A stretch of DNA of 64,000 nt, taken from contig CAJFCJ010000003.1 of the NCBI GenBank assembly GCA_904063045.1, positions 3,024,504-3,088,503 on the forward strand, in the 5' to 3' direction. The notes under the pieces were generated by a model. It did no database searches, had not been told where the DNA came from, and was given only the letters and a program-made list of their open reading frames with translations. The translations under genes were made by a program, and so were the position numbers. Positions 25,687 through 39,034 of the stretch are shown one piece after another (within the stretch, counting starts at the first letter, position 1; every line of letters starts with the position of its first letter). The stretch comes from Dimorphilus gyrociliatus. Lineage: Eukaryota > Animalia > Annelida.

Positions 25687-28600
25687 CTCTTCAGCCAAAA
25701 ACGTCGAGTGATAAAACGTAGTGGACGACTGAAAAGCTAGATAGAGTGTATGAAGACGGGTTCTTCCAATCAATTACATATCCAGCCCTGATTGGTCGCT
25801 GCCTCATAAATATTAAAGAGTCTCGCCGTATAAGCGTTTCCTGCGCTCGCCTATAGTTTCTTGCTGATTACGCCGTCAATTAATTTATAAATATTGCAGA
25901 CTAGTGTCTATTATGAATGTTTATGCGTATGTATTTTGTACAATGTAGTGTATACAAAAATATTGTATAGGCCCCGTTTTATATACCTAGATGCGTGAAG
26001 GAAAATACATAGCTTTTCCCCGTTTACTAATTTACTTATTTACCATATTTATTATTAATAATTTTAAACATATAAAGAAGCTAGATTTTTTCCTTACTAT
26101 TCTCTTCAATTCATCTATTCTTTTAATGATATGACCATTGAATTAAGCTACATTGATTTACAAGTCAGAATAATTTGGGATCAAATAAGCTAGCGATGCT
26201 ATCGGGGGGGCGTCAAATATCGAATATAAATAGAATTTCCCGCGGAAAGTCACTTTGGCTATCTTTCTGCGAGCTAATTTGATACTGAAATTGTCTCAAA
26301 GGTGTTAGAAATTAGGTTAACCCGAAAGTAGGCGCAAATTTGAACAAATAATAATGCTGATTCAAAAAAGAGTGAGGCGAAGTTAATTCTTATAATAATT
26401 GAATTACACGTCTGTTTTCAAGCTGAGCCTAAACATGTGTTAATTGCCTCAAAAGAACTTGGTTAAAGGTTAATTAATCAAGAGTGAAAAAGACACAACT
26501 ATAAGCATATGCAAATGTATAAAAATGTATCATGCATAAATAAATTAAGGATCGTAAAATTCCAGAAACGTCGGAAGAAAAGTGGTCGAATGAATGTTTG
26601 ATGGCGACAGCATCTAATTCCAGCCCCGTCCGCCTCCCAGCTGACACCGACATGGTCATCGCGCACCTGGAAGACAAGAAAGAAGAAAAGGTGTTTTTCT
26701 CCACCTATATACAATATGTCGTTCAACATATGTCGACGATGTTTAAAAAGATCCGACGATCGTCAATTGAGACGTTATTGCGCAACAATTATACGGAGAG
26801 ATAGCTTTTGATCAGTGGTTTAGAATGAGATTTTTTTGTTGAGATAAAGAGAATTAAGAAGGAGGATGGAAAAAAAATGCAGTATTCTATTTTGCAGCTT
26901 GGCTTTGTAACTTGTAGCGTGACGCACCTGCTAGGGCTCTTGATTGTTTAACCTTGGCGTTGCATTTCTTTCGTTTGTCTTCTAGTTTGTCGGACCGGAG
27001 CGGACACTGACAAGCATTTTCAATCTATTCACCTAATCATTCAGATAATATATTATTAATGAATCGACTATATAAGAAATGTATATACCATTCTTAATAG
27101 TATAAAAGAATATGTATATAGAATGGTTAATATAAAGAAACGTTTATTTAGTACATTCAAAGAAGGTATTTCGAGTCTTGCAGACGTACAATCTATCAAG
27201 TTTAATACTTTTTAAGCTTCTTGAATGAATATTCATGAAGACGGGGAGAAAAAAGATGTGATCTAAATTTGTAAGGCCTTTTCATTTGGGCCATGAAATG
27301 AATGCGTTTTCTTAAACAAGGCTGTTGATAAGCTAATGATAAATATGTGTACAGTGCAATAATGTTCTGTATACCAAATCAATAGATGTTCTATAGAACG
27401 TAAAACAAATGAAAAACACGCACAAGTTCCAAAACAGGAAAAACGCCGTAATTGACATCAATTTTCTCTTTTGTTGTTAACAGGTAATTGCTCGCCTATA
27501 GATTTTAACAGCGCAAAAGTAAATATACCACTCAATAAATAGCCTGCACAAATCATCTTATGTTCAATCAACCTCCATATTCCACGAATTTTTTTCTTTT
27601 TATTCTCTTCTCTTTTCTCTATTAGTTGTTATAATTATCGCCCACCCATTGCCTTAGTTTTCTTTTTCATAGGTAATAATTATTTTGTTGAATTTAACGT
27701 TGTTCAAAGAATTATTAGATGTTGAATAATTAAATAGAATACACCTACGAGACTTCTTTATTCGACCAATTTCTTCTTACGTTTGTTTTTGTTTCGCTCT
27801 TTTCTTTCCCTATCATTCTCTCTCTCCCTGTCTCGCCTTTTATTATTGGGTATATTATTGTTTCCTTATCTTTTTTTCGTCTTTATTACTCTATTTAGTC
27901 ACTTTAAACAATGCAAAAAAATTCATTCAATAGAACGTTTGATGTCTCTAATTTTGAATATTAAAATCAAACAAAAAATTGTCACATTCTCATTATCCAG
28001 TATTATATGCAACTTTTTGAAAGGAGGACGCACCTGCGAATGTCCCCTTGATCGTTTAAGCTCGACGCCGCGCAAAAAAAATTCGATGACGCGTGACGCT
28101 CTAAAAATGCCGATTGTATCAGATCGTCATGGTTTGACGAAACAAATAGTTTGACAATAGATGTTAATACTCCGCCATATTGTTCACGTGTATAGATCAA
28201 AGACGTAAGGCGGGTGAGCAAAGTTCGTATTGTTGTAACGGAACCGATTCGGTAACGTTAACTTATTGCCGTTTAAAAGAGCGTTTCTTTTTTATCTAAC
28301 TTAAAAGAATTTTTTTCACATATTCATCTAAAATCAAAGGACAAAGCTGGATTTTTTTTGGGGTAGCAAGCGTGCATTGATAACCATTGCATCAATTCCC
28401 CAAACAGCAATGATAGCAAAAATTTCCTATGCAATTATACATTGACATTTTCATATGGTTAGGTGTTTCTACAAAACATACGTAATAGCGCCTTTGCCTA
28501 ATTAATAGCAGACGCCTAATTTTATATAGACGCCATCGTCAGAGAGTCTCTTTTCTTTTTCGTTTGCGGTTGAATCGTCGAAACGCGATCTCTTCTTTGA

Positions 28601-28842
28601 TGTCCGAATTTAATTGGAATGCGAATCGCGTGTTGATATTTTTTTACTATAATTTCTACAGATTTTTAAGTGGACTCTCTTTTTTTCATATATACGCAGA
28701 TATCACGCTATATCCAAGCGAAAAATATCTCGTAATTGATTTAATTCTATCCCTTAACAATTTAACTTAGACCATATGCTTTCCGTCTTCGTTCGTCTCT
28801 CTGCGTATATATACGTATAAGTCTATCTGTCTATCCCCCCCT

Positions 28843-28845
<3 letters not shown>

Positions 28846-28882
<37 letters not shown>

Positions 28883-28915
28883 ATACTCACTCACTTCACG
28901 CACACACACACACAC
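28846..28915. repeat. Compound (CT)n/(CA)n microsatellite
   Basis: Read directly from the sequence. Confidence 0.9.
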
Positions 28916-29277
28916 GGACGAACACACATCCATACATCTATATATACATATGAACATATTATCTATCTTTCTTGACCGATCTCTGTTTTTCTCAATCTCA
29001 TAATTTTCTCTCTTCATCCAACAAGCAAATGGTACGGATGCCTCCCTATAACGGGTTTTTTATATACAGGAAATTAGCTGAGAATTTTTTATGAAGATTT
29101 TTATTCATTTAGAAATTTATGTCCGAGTTAGCTGGCCTATTGATATTTTCTACAAAGTAAACATTTATACAAATCTTCTAGTTTGCGAGCTCTCCTTTCT
29201 CCTTAGCGATAGAATTTTCATTAAACTTAGATCAAAGATAGTCGAGAAGGAAATTACCTGTGTAGTTTTAAAGCAAA

Positions 29278-29289
29278 CGCTAGATGGCG
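29278..29289 (+). promoter_or_regulatory. CTCF-like motif CGCTAGATGGCG
   Basis: Exact second copy of the 12-mer, located at the far upstream edge of the POU4b region. Confidence 0.45.
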
Positions 29290-29846
29290 TCGTTGATTGG
29301 TAAGTTTCTCTCAGAGGGTGATCTTTGTTAAAAGCGTACAATACTAAAAACAAGCTCTAAAGTGCACAGTTTTAGTTGTTTATTAATGATTATTATTTAA
29401 ATAACCTTTATATAATAAAGGAGTTGAGAAAGAAGAATCTTGAAATATAAGAATTTTATACCCTTCTGATTCTGGTATAGATATAGAAAGGAAAAGGAAC
29501 GGAATAACAAAGGAAAAAAGTAAACCGTCACCTATTGTGTATAGGTAAAGTATTAGGGAAACTATAGATGGCAGTTCGAACAAAAGGTAATGAGCAACGC
29601 TATCTACTGTTTGGATGAGATATTTTATTTTAGCATACATTTTAGAAAAGAAGACAATAAAAAACAAAGTTAAATGTAATAAACAGAATAATAACTATTT
29701 CTTAAATTTGATAAGTTATTGTTACAATTTTTAAAGACAAAGTATTAACAATAGTACAGTTGAAGAGATAATAATTCTAGGAACCTTATTTATGTGAAAA
29801 CATCGAGAACATTCACTTAATGTTATACACAAATGCGGTATATATA

Positions 29847-29886
<40 letters not shown>

Positions 29887-30088
29887 GTATTAATACATGT
29901 ATGTTTGAGGTTCCATATATGCATGATGCCGTATTACGCTATATTAGACTTTCATAGATATATATATATATACATACAGTATATGTATATAGGCATATAT
30001 TTAGTACTGTAGCATTATAAGTACATCTAACGTTTATAAATTATTGAAAATTGCGAAATATAAGGATATTCTTATTGGTACTCTATTT

Positions 30089-31435
30089 ATGATTCTAGAT
30101 TCATTACTTCTGAAAGGGAGTCTTTATAATCGGACGCAGGTTTCTATTATATATTCTGTTTATTGTTGAATACATTGAAATGTTACGTATATATGAGCTA
30201 CTTGTTATTCATTAAGAGATTTTTCTAGGTTAAATAGATAGGAAGGACACTCGGAAGATTTTTTTTCCAACTTACCCGATTAGAATAATATATATCAATT
30301 GAAATATGAAACATAATCTATTTCTTATACTTTTCATTTAATAAATTTAGCAACTTTTTACTAGATTTGGAAAATGTAACTTTATGTTCTCTTATTAATT
30401 TTCTTTAATATCTTTTGTGCTCTCTTTCATTTACTTCTTGTGTGTCATTAAAGAAAAATTTACTTTTCTTCCTTTCATATACAACAAAGAATGATTTTCG
30501 ACGTCTGAGATGATAAAAGATGACAACAAAGGTCATATTGTTAAGCTGATTCGTGTGAGCAGGTAAGTTTTAATGAACTAAGAAAGGGGATAACAGACAT
30601 AGGAAGTGTTAATGACAAAGATCAGATCGCTCATAGAAGATCGTTAAGATCACAACAGGATTATTGATAACTTCAGAAAGTCTTTCCAGAGTAATTGTCA
30701 CAGAATTGTTTTACTTAATGCTCTTAAGGATAATACTAAAAATTCAGATATTATGGATTAACAATCATTTAAATTATTATATGCTTGATTTATATGAAAA
30801 ACGAGAGTTATCTTTCAAACGGAGCATGATAAAATATTGTTAATCTTTTTAAAAACCAATTATAAGCTTGAATTGCTAAAAAATGACCCTGATTTGGTGT
30901 TTGCTCTCATATATCTCACTGTATATACTGTATATATGTTAATATATATTATACATTATATATATATATATATATATGTATATTCTGTATTTTGGTTGTA
31001 ATTGAAACGACGAAAGGGACAAAATGTAGACCGAACAGAATTCATTAATTTTTTATATCAAATTCAGAGAGTATCTAAAAATATATCAACATAGACGAAC
31101 ATATAAAAAAAGCGAAGGTGATATTAAACGTTTAAGGTAACAACTGAGACTAATGATGTTTGAGAAGGTAAAAATGAGTCATCATTTCTAACAAATATAG
31201 CTATTTCTTGTGTATATTTTGTGCAAATTAAAAAAATATATATGAATATATACTGTATATTTATTACTTTTTTGTATTTCAATGTATATTACTTGTTTAT
31301 AATTATGTATTTTTAACATGTTGAATATTTGGTTACTTTTAATTTTTTATAAAGATGAAAGCCGTGTATTTCATATTTTTTTATGACAATGGAGACACTA
31401 CAGAAAAAAACCTTCTTAAAAGAAACATTATATAA
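30089..31435 (+). pseudogene. Speculative disrupted small-exon gene with PH-domain-like residue pattern
   Basis: Phase-compatible segments 30089-30139, 30510-30562, 31068-31167 and 31355-31435 give LLKGSLYNRTQ...KLIRVSREYLKIY...KSEGDIKRL. The model needs an atypical GAG acceptor and contains an in-frame TAA at 31138-31140. Confidence 0.15.
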
Positions 31436-32297
31436 AATGACATAACGAGAAATGATGCACTACTGAAGTAAAATGTCTTTGTAGTTTAGTATTAAATATA
31501 TATTCTTTATTCATTTATAAATAATTAGAATATATTAGTTATTTGAAACTAAAGAGTTCAAGGAAATATCAACTATGGTATTGAATATATATAGAATTAC
31601 CCAACATCTAAGGTATATAATACATATATATTTAACATAGTATATATATATATATATATATTAGCATGTATATATAGAATATACAGTATAGGTACACTTA
31701 TAAATACATAAATTTGAATATCTCTATTTATTCGAAAAAATACATATACTAATACTTATTTACATATATAATGAATCTAGATAAAAATAACAATTTTATT
31801 GCAAATATAAAGCGTAGACTTTAGCGCAAATTACTAATCAAGACAATTTCAGTCAAGCTAAATTGCTAAGAAGCAGTTAGTGCTAAGATAGGCGGCTATT
31901 AGCTTGGTAAAACTTCTTTTTTTTTGTAGCCCTTCTTCCCCCTTGACTTTCTGAAATTGTTTTCTATAGTTAATCTATTTTTCCAATGACATCAAAGGTG
32001 ATAATCAAGAATTATAAATCGTTTTAAATTCGTACTACATATAGGAGAATACACAGCATATTCAATAGGACTTTTAACAAGCCAACCTAAAGATTTCATA
32101 AATGAGCGTTTATTGTTTTTTTTATTGCTGAATGAACTGATATTAACTAGGTGCTAAAACTATTGAAATTAAAAAAGTGAACAATTGTTTAGCAGAAGGA
32201 TACATCAATATTTTATTACACTTAAGAAGCAATATATTCCTATTTAATCAAATTTCAGACAAAAATCATCATTATTATAATTATTCTTAATATATTT

Positions 32298-33327
32298 TCA
32301 AAAGATGTTGTTTAGTAACGACACACACTCAATAAAATTTTCCAGGCGTTTCATTAAACCATAATATCCATCGCTGTCGTGTTTTTCCAAAAGTTTCATT
32401 ATCGTCTGTACACTTTTTCCTGCAAAATTTCCAGAGTAGTTGTTTTATACGGAAGTATTTTATATTTTATTTTTGATTAACACTATTTCAATCTATTTAA
32501 TTAACAAAATTACATCCGAGGTATGTATATATAAATGTATCTAAATATAAATGTTGGCAGTTTCTAAAGACAAAAAAGAGGTAAGATAAATGTACTGGAT
32601 ATTCAATATTTTCCCGTTAAATTATTCATGTGAATTCAAATAGTAAAGCAAATGAAAAAACGATGAGAACGATGAAAAAACTTAATACAATTAGAAAAAT
32701 AGAAGTGTACACAAATATATTTCTATCTCGTTTGTAAAGGAAACAAATCGTTCATTGCTTACTAATATTTGATTTGTGAAAAATAACGCCTTAATCGCTT
32801 GCAATTTTAATTATTCACTGTAATAACCTTATTTTTTTTAACGATATAAATATAATCGTCCATATTGTTGTATACATTCCTATCTGTTTACCTAACTTTA
32901 GCAGACATGAAAGAATCATATATAGATGTTATAGTCCTATTCTTTTTAAAAGAAAAATACATGGTCAAAAGTTTAATCGTTTATTCAACAATTTTCAAGA
33001 ATTTAGCAATAATCTCTATATTTTATCTTACTTCTGTTTCTATGAGTGTACTCATAACGAAATTTGTACTTTACACATGTTTATCTGTGGATCTATAAAC
33101 GTAAATATCTAATTAAACTTCCTTCAATCTGTTTTTTATTTGGAGAAAAAGTTTAGACTTTTTGTAAGTTGGAATTTACTACTTATCGTATAAATATAAT
33201 AACAGAAAAACAAACCAGTTTTTTCTGAATATGATCGTAAAACCTCCATTGGATTCGAACCACACTCTTTCTGATAACCAGTACAAACTGTGAACAGTAG
33301 TAAAACCAAGAAGATTAAACGAAGCAT
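32298..33327 (-). CDS. Small secreted protein/peptide precursor of unknown family; 2 exons (33327-33216, 32419-32298), 77 aa
   Basis: Exon 1 encodes a clear signal peptide (MLRLIFLVLLLFTVCTG) and ends at a G|GTTTGT phase-1 donor. The acceptor ttttgcag at 32421-32420 continues in frame for 39 codons to TGA. Protein: MLRLIFLVLLLFTVCTGYQKECGSNPMEVLRSYSEKTGKSVQTIMKLLEKHDSDGYYGLMKRLENFIECVSLLNNIF. Confidence 0.6.
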
Positions 33328-36243
33328 AATTGCTTGATTACTGTGAGATATGCTCTGCTAAGAGCAGAGATGTGGCTTAAATAATTAATTAATAGTATTC
33401 ATGTATGACTCCAAGATGCCACCTACTTCCGGTTCAAGTCGGTTAATTAAATAAAGTTGACTACAGTTAGTACAATAATAATATTTTTAGCAGTTTTCCG
33501 GTTAATTACTTGAGTTCTTTTACAAATGTACGACAAGATAATTTTTGGTATAAGAAAAGTAAAATGTAAAGATTCAGGTTCAATGTACAGTATTGAATTG
33601 AAATTCTATTGTTAATATTAATAATGATAATAATAATAATAATAGTCATAGAAATAATAAAGTAAAAGTTTTTACATTAATTAAAAATTATTTTAGGTAT
33701 GAATTATTAGCTCTTTTTAATTTTAAAGATAAACCAAAACATATTTTTATTAGACTTTTAACTTTTATTCTTTAATTCTTTATTATTTTAAAAAATAAAA
33801 ATATTGATAAATGTGCAATAAATAAACTATATAACTTAAAAGAATTGGATTGAACATTGAATTTAAAACAAAGAACAAGAGCGCTAATTTAATTGAATAT
33901 AAGTAACAATTCTGTTAGTTTCCTATGTAAACAATCCTTTTACATATTAATAGTAATTTTTCTAGCAAAAAGGCAAATGTCTAAATTATTCTTTTTAATG
34001 TAAAATGATAAGAAGAAAGAATAGGAGATAGACAGATAGGTAGATAGATGTTACAGTAGCAAAAAATAAAATTAGTACAAGTAAATGCATCTTTATATAT
34101 ATATAAGATGTATATTTAGATACATTATGTAAATAAGTATCCATACTATATATTCAGTCTATCCGGTTGTGCATTTTATAAAGAACTACTATGTAGTTTA
34201 AATAACAAAAAGTAATTGATTTATTATCACATTAATTCGACTATTGTTGACTTATATTTCACTCTTTTCAAAAAATAAAAGGAAGATAGAATTTGAAATA
34301 AAATATTTCTCCATACGAAGTGAAAAGCACTTTGTAGCATTTAGTTTCGTTGAGCAGGTGTAAGCCTATGTTTATAAACAGAAATCATATTTTTAAAAGA
34401 GTTTTCTAGTTGGTCTAAACTTGCACCTATCTATCTTTTTTTTTCTTTTTTTTTTCCATCTTTCAACAAATTTCTCTCTTTAGATTAAAATTTGCGAGCA
34501 AGTTTTAAGATAAGTTTGTACCAAAGTGGAAACGAAATCGATTAAGTGTAAGCCCACGCTTATGCACGTAGTCACGTTCGGATAAATTTACGTAAACCTA
34601 ATATTGAATAAATATGATGCTTTTTCAGCCTGAGGCTATACTAAGTACTAATTGCTACTGAATAAGTGTTTTAATTAAAACATATTAGTGTAAAAACCCA
34701 ACTAATTTTCAGCAGCTAATTTAAGTAGTACTAGATTTAATTAAATTGAAGTAAATAAGAAATTTGAGATGAGAAGTGTTTGGTATGGTTTATTTTGCAT
34801 TGTTTAAACGAATAGTCTATTCCAGCAACGCCATTTAGCGGTTTTACTTCTCGCTTTGTTGTACTTCTAAGAATGTAGACGGTGTCATCGGTCCCCTTAG
34901 TTAAATACGCCATCTACCGACTATTGTAATTTTTACATCAAGTTCCAGTTGCGATTTATACGGGTTTCGAAATCGATGCCTGAGCTTCATTTCTTCCCTC
35001 CGACCCAACTATTTGCTCATTTAACAAATCATTAAAACAAGTGAAACTCTTTCAAACTCTTTTCCTCAACTAATTTTTTACATGAATACCATTTGATAAG
35101 AGGAAAAATAAGGTGAGAATAATTCTTAATTAAATTTAACGATCGGCCTATTGACTGAATACAATCGGACGATAATTCTCTCTTGTTGCTGAGCGGGGGC
35201 GTTAGTGAAGCGTGTTGCAGTTAGTTAGTGGCCTTTTGCAGTTGCAAATTTTTTGCTGTAGCGACAACAGAAATATATTTTACAACTCAGGATACGTATA
35301 TGCTTTATACAGAAGAAAAAAAAAATGCAACAATATTTTATTGAACGTAGTTAAAGTGTCTGCGGTCAATACAATCGCATGAATGGTTTATCCTGTAAGC
35401 TCGGAATTCATTTGAAAAGTTAATGGTAAAATATTTAAAACTTTTAATAACTAATTAAAATATCTTTTATCATTTTCTACTTTTATAAAAATAAAATTTA
35501 AATATATAAAAGATCTGAAAAAAATTCAACATCTAAAAAATAACGTCTTTCCTATCTAAGAATTATTATTTAAAGAGAATGAAAGCGAAGAAAATGGCAC
35601 TTTTCTCAATTTACGTCTAATGAATTATCAATAACTATGTTAAAAAAAGTCGTGTAGGGAATTTATTAGGCTTAATTTGCAATTGAAGAGTCAAAGATTA
35701 TCATAAAAAGGTTGCATTCTTCAAGAATTAAATATCTCTTTAGGAGTATACATGCATCTATGTTGGGAATATCGGAATTTTTTCTTGTATTTAATGAATT
35801 GATTAATCAACTTATGAATAATTCCATTTCTATGATTGTTTTTCCTTGCGCCCTCTATTAAAACTTAATTATTAAATACATAATTTCCAAGTACAATATC
35901 TACTAATACACATATAAGTTCATATAAAGATTATATCAACAAGTCTCATGTATAAATATTTACATCTTTACAAATGTACCATAAAGTAGGAGAAGATGAT
36001 GTGAACTTTTACGTACTTATATCTTTCGTTTCGTTATTTCTTGAAGATAATAGAATGAAGGGAGAGAAGGCGAAAAAAGGGTTAATTCAATAATCTATAA
36101 TCTGATCGGCTGTATAATTCATTTGCAAACAAAGTAGAAAATATATAAGTAGAAAAATAATATAATATATGAAAATATAAATCTTTTAGTTAAAATTTAC
36201 CTATTACTAATCGTATATATGTGAATTTACAGGGATAAACAGA

Positions 36244-36245
<2 letters not shown>

Positions 36246-36277
<32 letters not shown>
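36246..36277. repeat. (TA)n microsatellite
   Basis: Read directly from the sequence. Confidence 0.95.
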
Positions 36278-36278
<1 letters not shown>

Positions 36279-39034
36279 CAGTCTATACGAATATACGAAT
36301 TTAGACAAGATTGCTGTATATTCATATAATCTTTTTTTATGAATCTTTTAACCAATTTCTTTATTTTTATATAAGATTCTCCTTCTTGTAGCTATTTTTA
36401 TGTCTATTATCATCTACATTACGCCTACTGAAGTGGATAATATAGCGTTTGTATAAAGATGACACTAACAAGAATAAATTAAGTTCATCTTAATAATAAA
36501 TAGCACGTAACGACCTTACTTTAGAAAAGTAAACTTTTTACGCTAGGCCTATATTATGATACTCATAAAGAATTTGAAGCGATTTGATGATTGCTATTTG
36601 CTTAAATTATTATAGACATTTTTTACATCCTTCGTCAAAAAAGGTTATTCAATGACTTTTTATAAATGAATATATAAACGACATATACTAAATAATTTAG
36701 GGATAAGCCACTGCCAGTGTAAATTAAACCAACTAGCCGAATCTATTTGCTGCGATACTGATGCGTTTGGTCTAGTAAAATTTGCTTCATTTGCCTTGAC
36801 TATGGTAGACAAAAATAAAGAATTTAGGTTATGTGTATAACCATAATTACTTTATAGCAGACCTGGGAAATATTTTTCTCCAGCGAAATCCAATAAAACT
36901 TAATATTAATATTCGGTTACAAATCTAACAAACTAAGCAGTTAGTTTTATTTAACACTTTTCATGACAATACCTATATTGTATACATTATGCCTAGTGAA
37001 TTTTTGTATTCAAGAACAATTTTTACATATTCAAACAACGTGTATGGTATTATATTCGCATGTAAATTAGTATAGTCATGAGCTTTTTATACAAGAGTTT
37101 CATGTGCGGATCAATTGTACAGCACATACTGCATTTCACTCATAAATATTAAGAGTTTTACATTTATGTTAATATGTATAATCTGTTTAATGTTTAACTT
37201 TTTTATAAATACTCTATAGATTTATATAGCTTATAGCATATTCTTTAATATTTGTATAAGATGAAATTAAAATAAATCTCTCTTCTCCCGTCACTAAACA
37301 ATACACATAACATTTTGAAATATTAGTTAATAGTCAATTAATCAATTGTTGTGTGAGAGAATTATACAATATTTTCCCTCATTTTCATATTGATAAATTG
37401 TAAACAATAAAAAGGCAATCCGAAAAGAAATAGTTAGATTGACATTTTCAGATAAATTATCTGATATGATCGCCAAACAACAAAGAAAATGCTTAGTTAG
37501 AAAGTAAAACAAAATACGAAAAGAAGAAAAATATACAATTCTAAAACTCTGATTGGGATAAAAGAGAGAAAAAAGCTGCAAAAACTTAATAGTCTAGTTT
37601 CTCTCCACGCTTGTTTTGGGGTCTAATAAATGAGTAGTTACTACGATCGAGACACGGTCTGTGTTGCAGGTGAAATTTTTTTTACCTACAATTGAAATAC
37701 TATGTAAAATATCTATATAGATACCAAGTTTTTTTCCTTTACTGTATACAAACACTCTATTTATATAGCTTAAACATGCTATAACTTGCAGTAATTTTTT
37801 TTAAATTAATCGTTTATGTATAAAAATCTATTGCATATTGCAAAAGTTTTTGATTGCTTCTCTGATTTACCCAACAATTTCATTCGTTTATTTACTATAA
37901 TTTGGTCTGATTATTTTATTGACCTTTTGGAAAACAATCAGCATCTAGGAATATTCCTTCCTTTATCAGTGCTATATTTTGGTTATCTGTCAAAAAAAAC
38001 ATATAAAGCTATTTATAAAAATGTTATTTCCAATATATATACAACATTTCCAGTGTAATTTGCGTAAAGTATGTAATTCCCAAGAAATACTTAAAATAAA
38101 AATCTATATATATATATATATATATTTGTATATAAGGTTATATAATTTTGTTTATATAGCGTTCACGTGTATTCATTCATGTGAACAAGTAAATTTATAC
38201 TGCATATTACATATACGAATGTAGACAAGATAAGAAGAGATTCTGATTTCCTAAACAAAAGCTCTTACTAAATAGACACTTGAGTATGTGAAATATGTAC
38301 AGTAAACTGTATAGGCTGTATAAAATCTATACACTGTGTGCTATATAAGCTCTATAGTTTAGTTTCTATCAAGACACCGAGTTATTTTTTTTTTATTGTA
38401 TTCACTAAGCTTAAATGATGCTCTTTGATATTGTCAGTGTTCGGTTGAATAATCTAGACCAAGAAACATTGAAATTGTCTAAATAAAAGCAAGTTAGAAA
38501 AGCTAATAGCTTTGGAGGAAAAATACGAAAATATTTATATCTTTTCATTTTTTTTAATATAATATTTTCTTTTGCTGCTGCTGTTCCAGTTTTATAGAAG
38601 AAAAATTTCAGTCATTTTCTATTATTTTTATATTATATCATACAGATTATATATATATACTATATATATATATATATATATGTACAGTATATAAATACAA
38701 TATAGATATATATGCTTCTTCGGGTTTCTTTCAAAGATTATGCAATCACAAGTAATCTGACTGTTTTTTAATGATTATAATTATTTAAATTTGTTAATGA
38801 AATAAAACAAAAAAAGTGTATTTACTTCATTTAAATTTATTATATTAGTTGAAAATTAATTATCTCTTAATTAATTAAATTTTTAATGGATTAATTGAAT
38901 TAGTTGATCTCTTTTTAATGTTTCTATTCTGTGACGGTAGTTATTTTGTAAAAATAGATATTTCTTTCCGATAGAAAGCGTTAAATACATTTGTTACAAT
39001 TTTATGATTATTTTCTTTTTGATTTTATCAGCGA

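Noticed and set aside
28214-28225. GTGAGCAAAGTT matches the 5' 12 nt of miR-87
   Set aside because: The 3' half diverges from the mature miRNA. Only ~8 bp pair with the upstream arm (TTGTTCAC) across a 26-nt loop, so there is no convincing pre-miRNA hairpin.
33251-33261. GGTTCGAATCC (minus strand), a tRNA T-loop/B-box consensus
   Set aside because: It lies in the coding exon of the secreted peptide (codons for C-G-S-N-P). No cloverleaf or A-box is present.
32298-33327. Secreted peptide as an insulin-like peptide (TH-insulin synteny) or DH44/CRF
   Set aside because: Only two mature Cys, where insulins need six. The DH44 resemblance is limited to 7 residues, with no preceding dibasic site or amidation signal.
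35200-38000. Possible small-exon gene downstream of a GC box (~35190)
   Set aside because: Several partial exon candidates exist on both strands, but I found no consistent stop-free model or homology.
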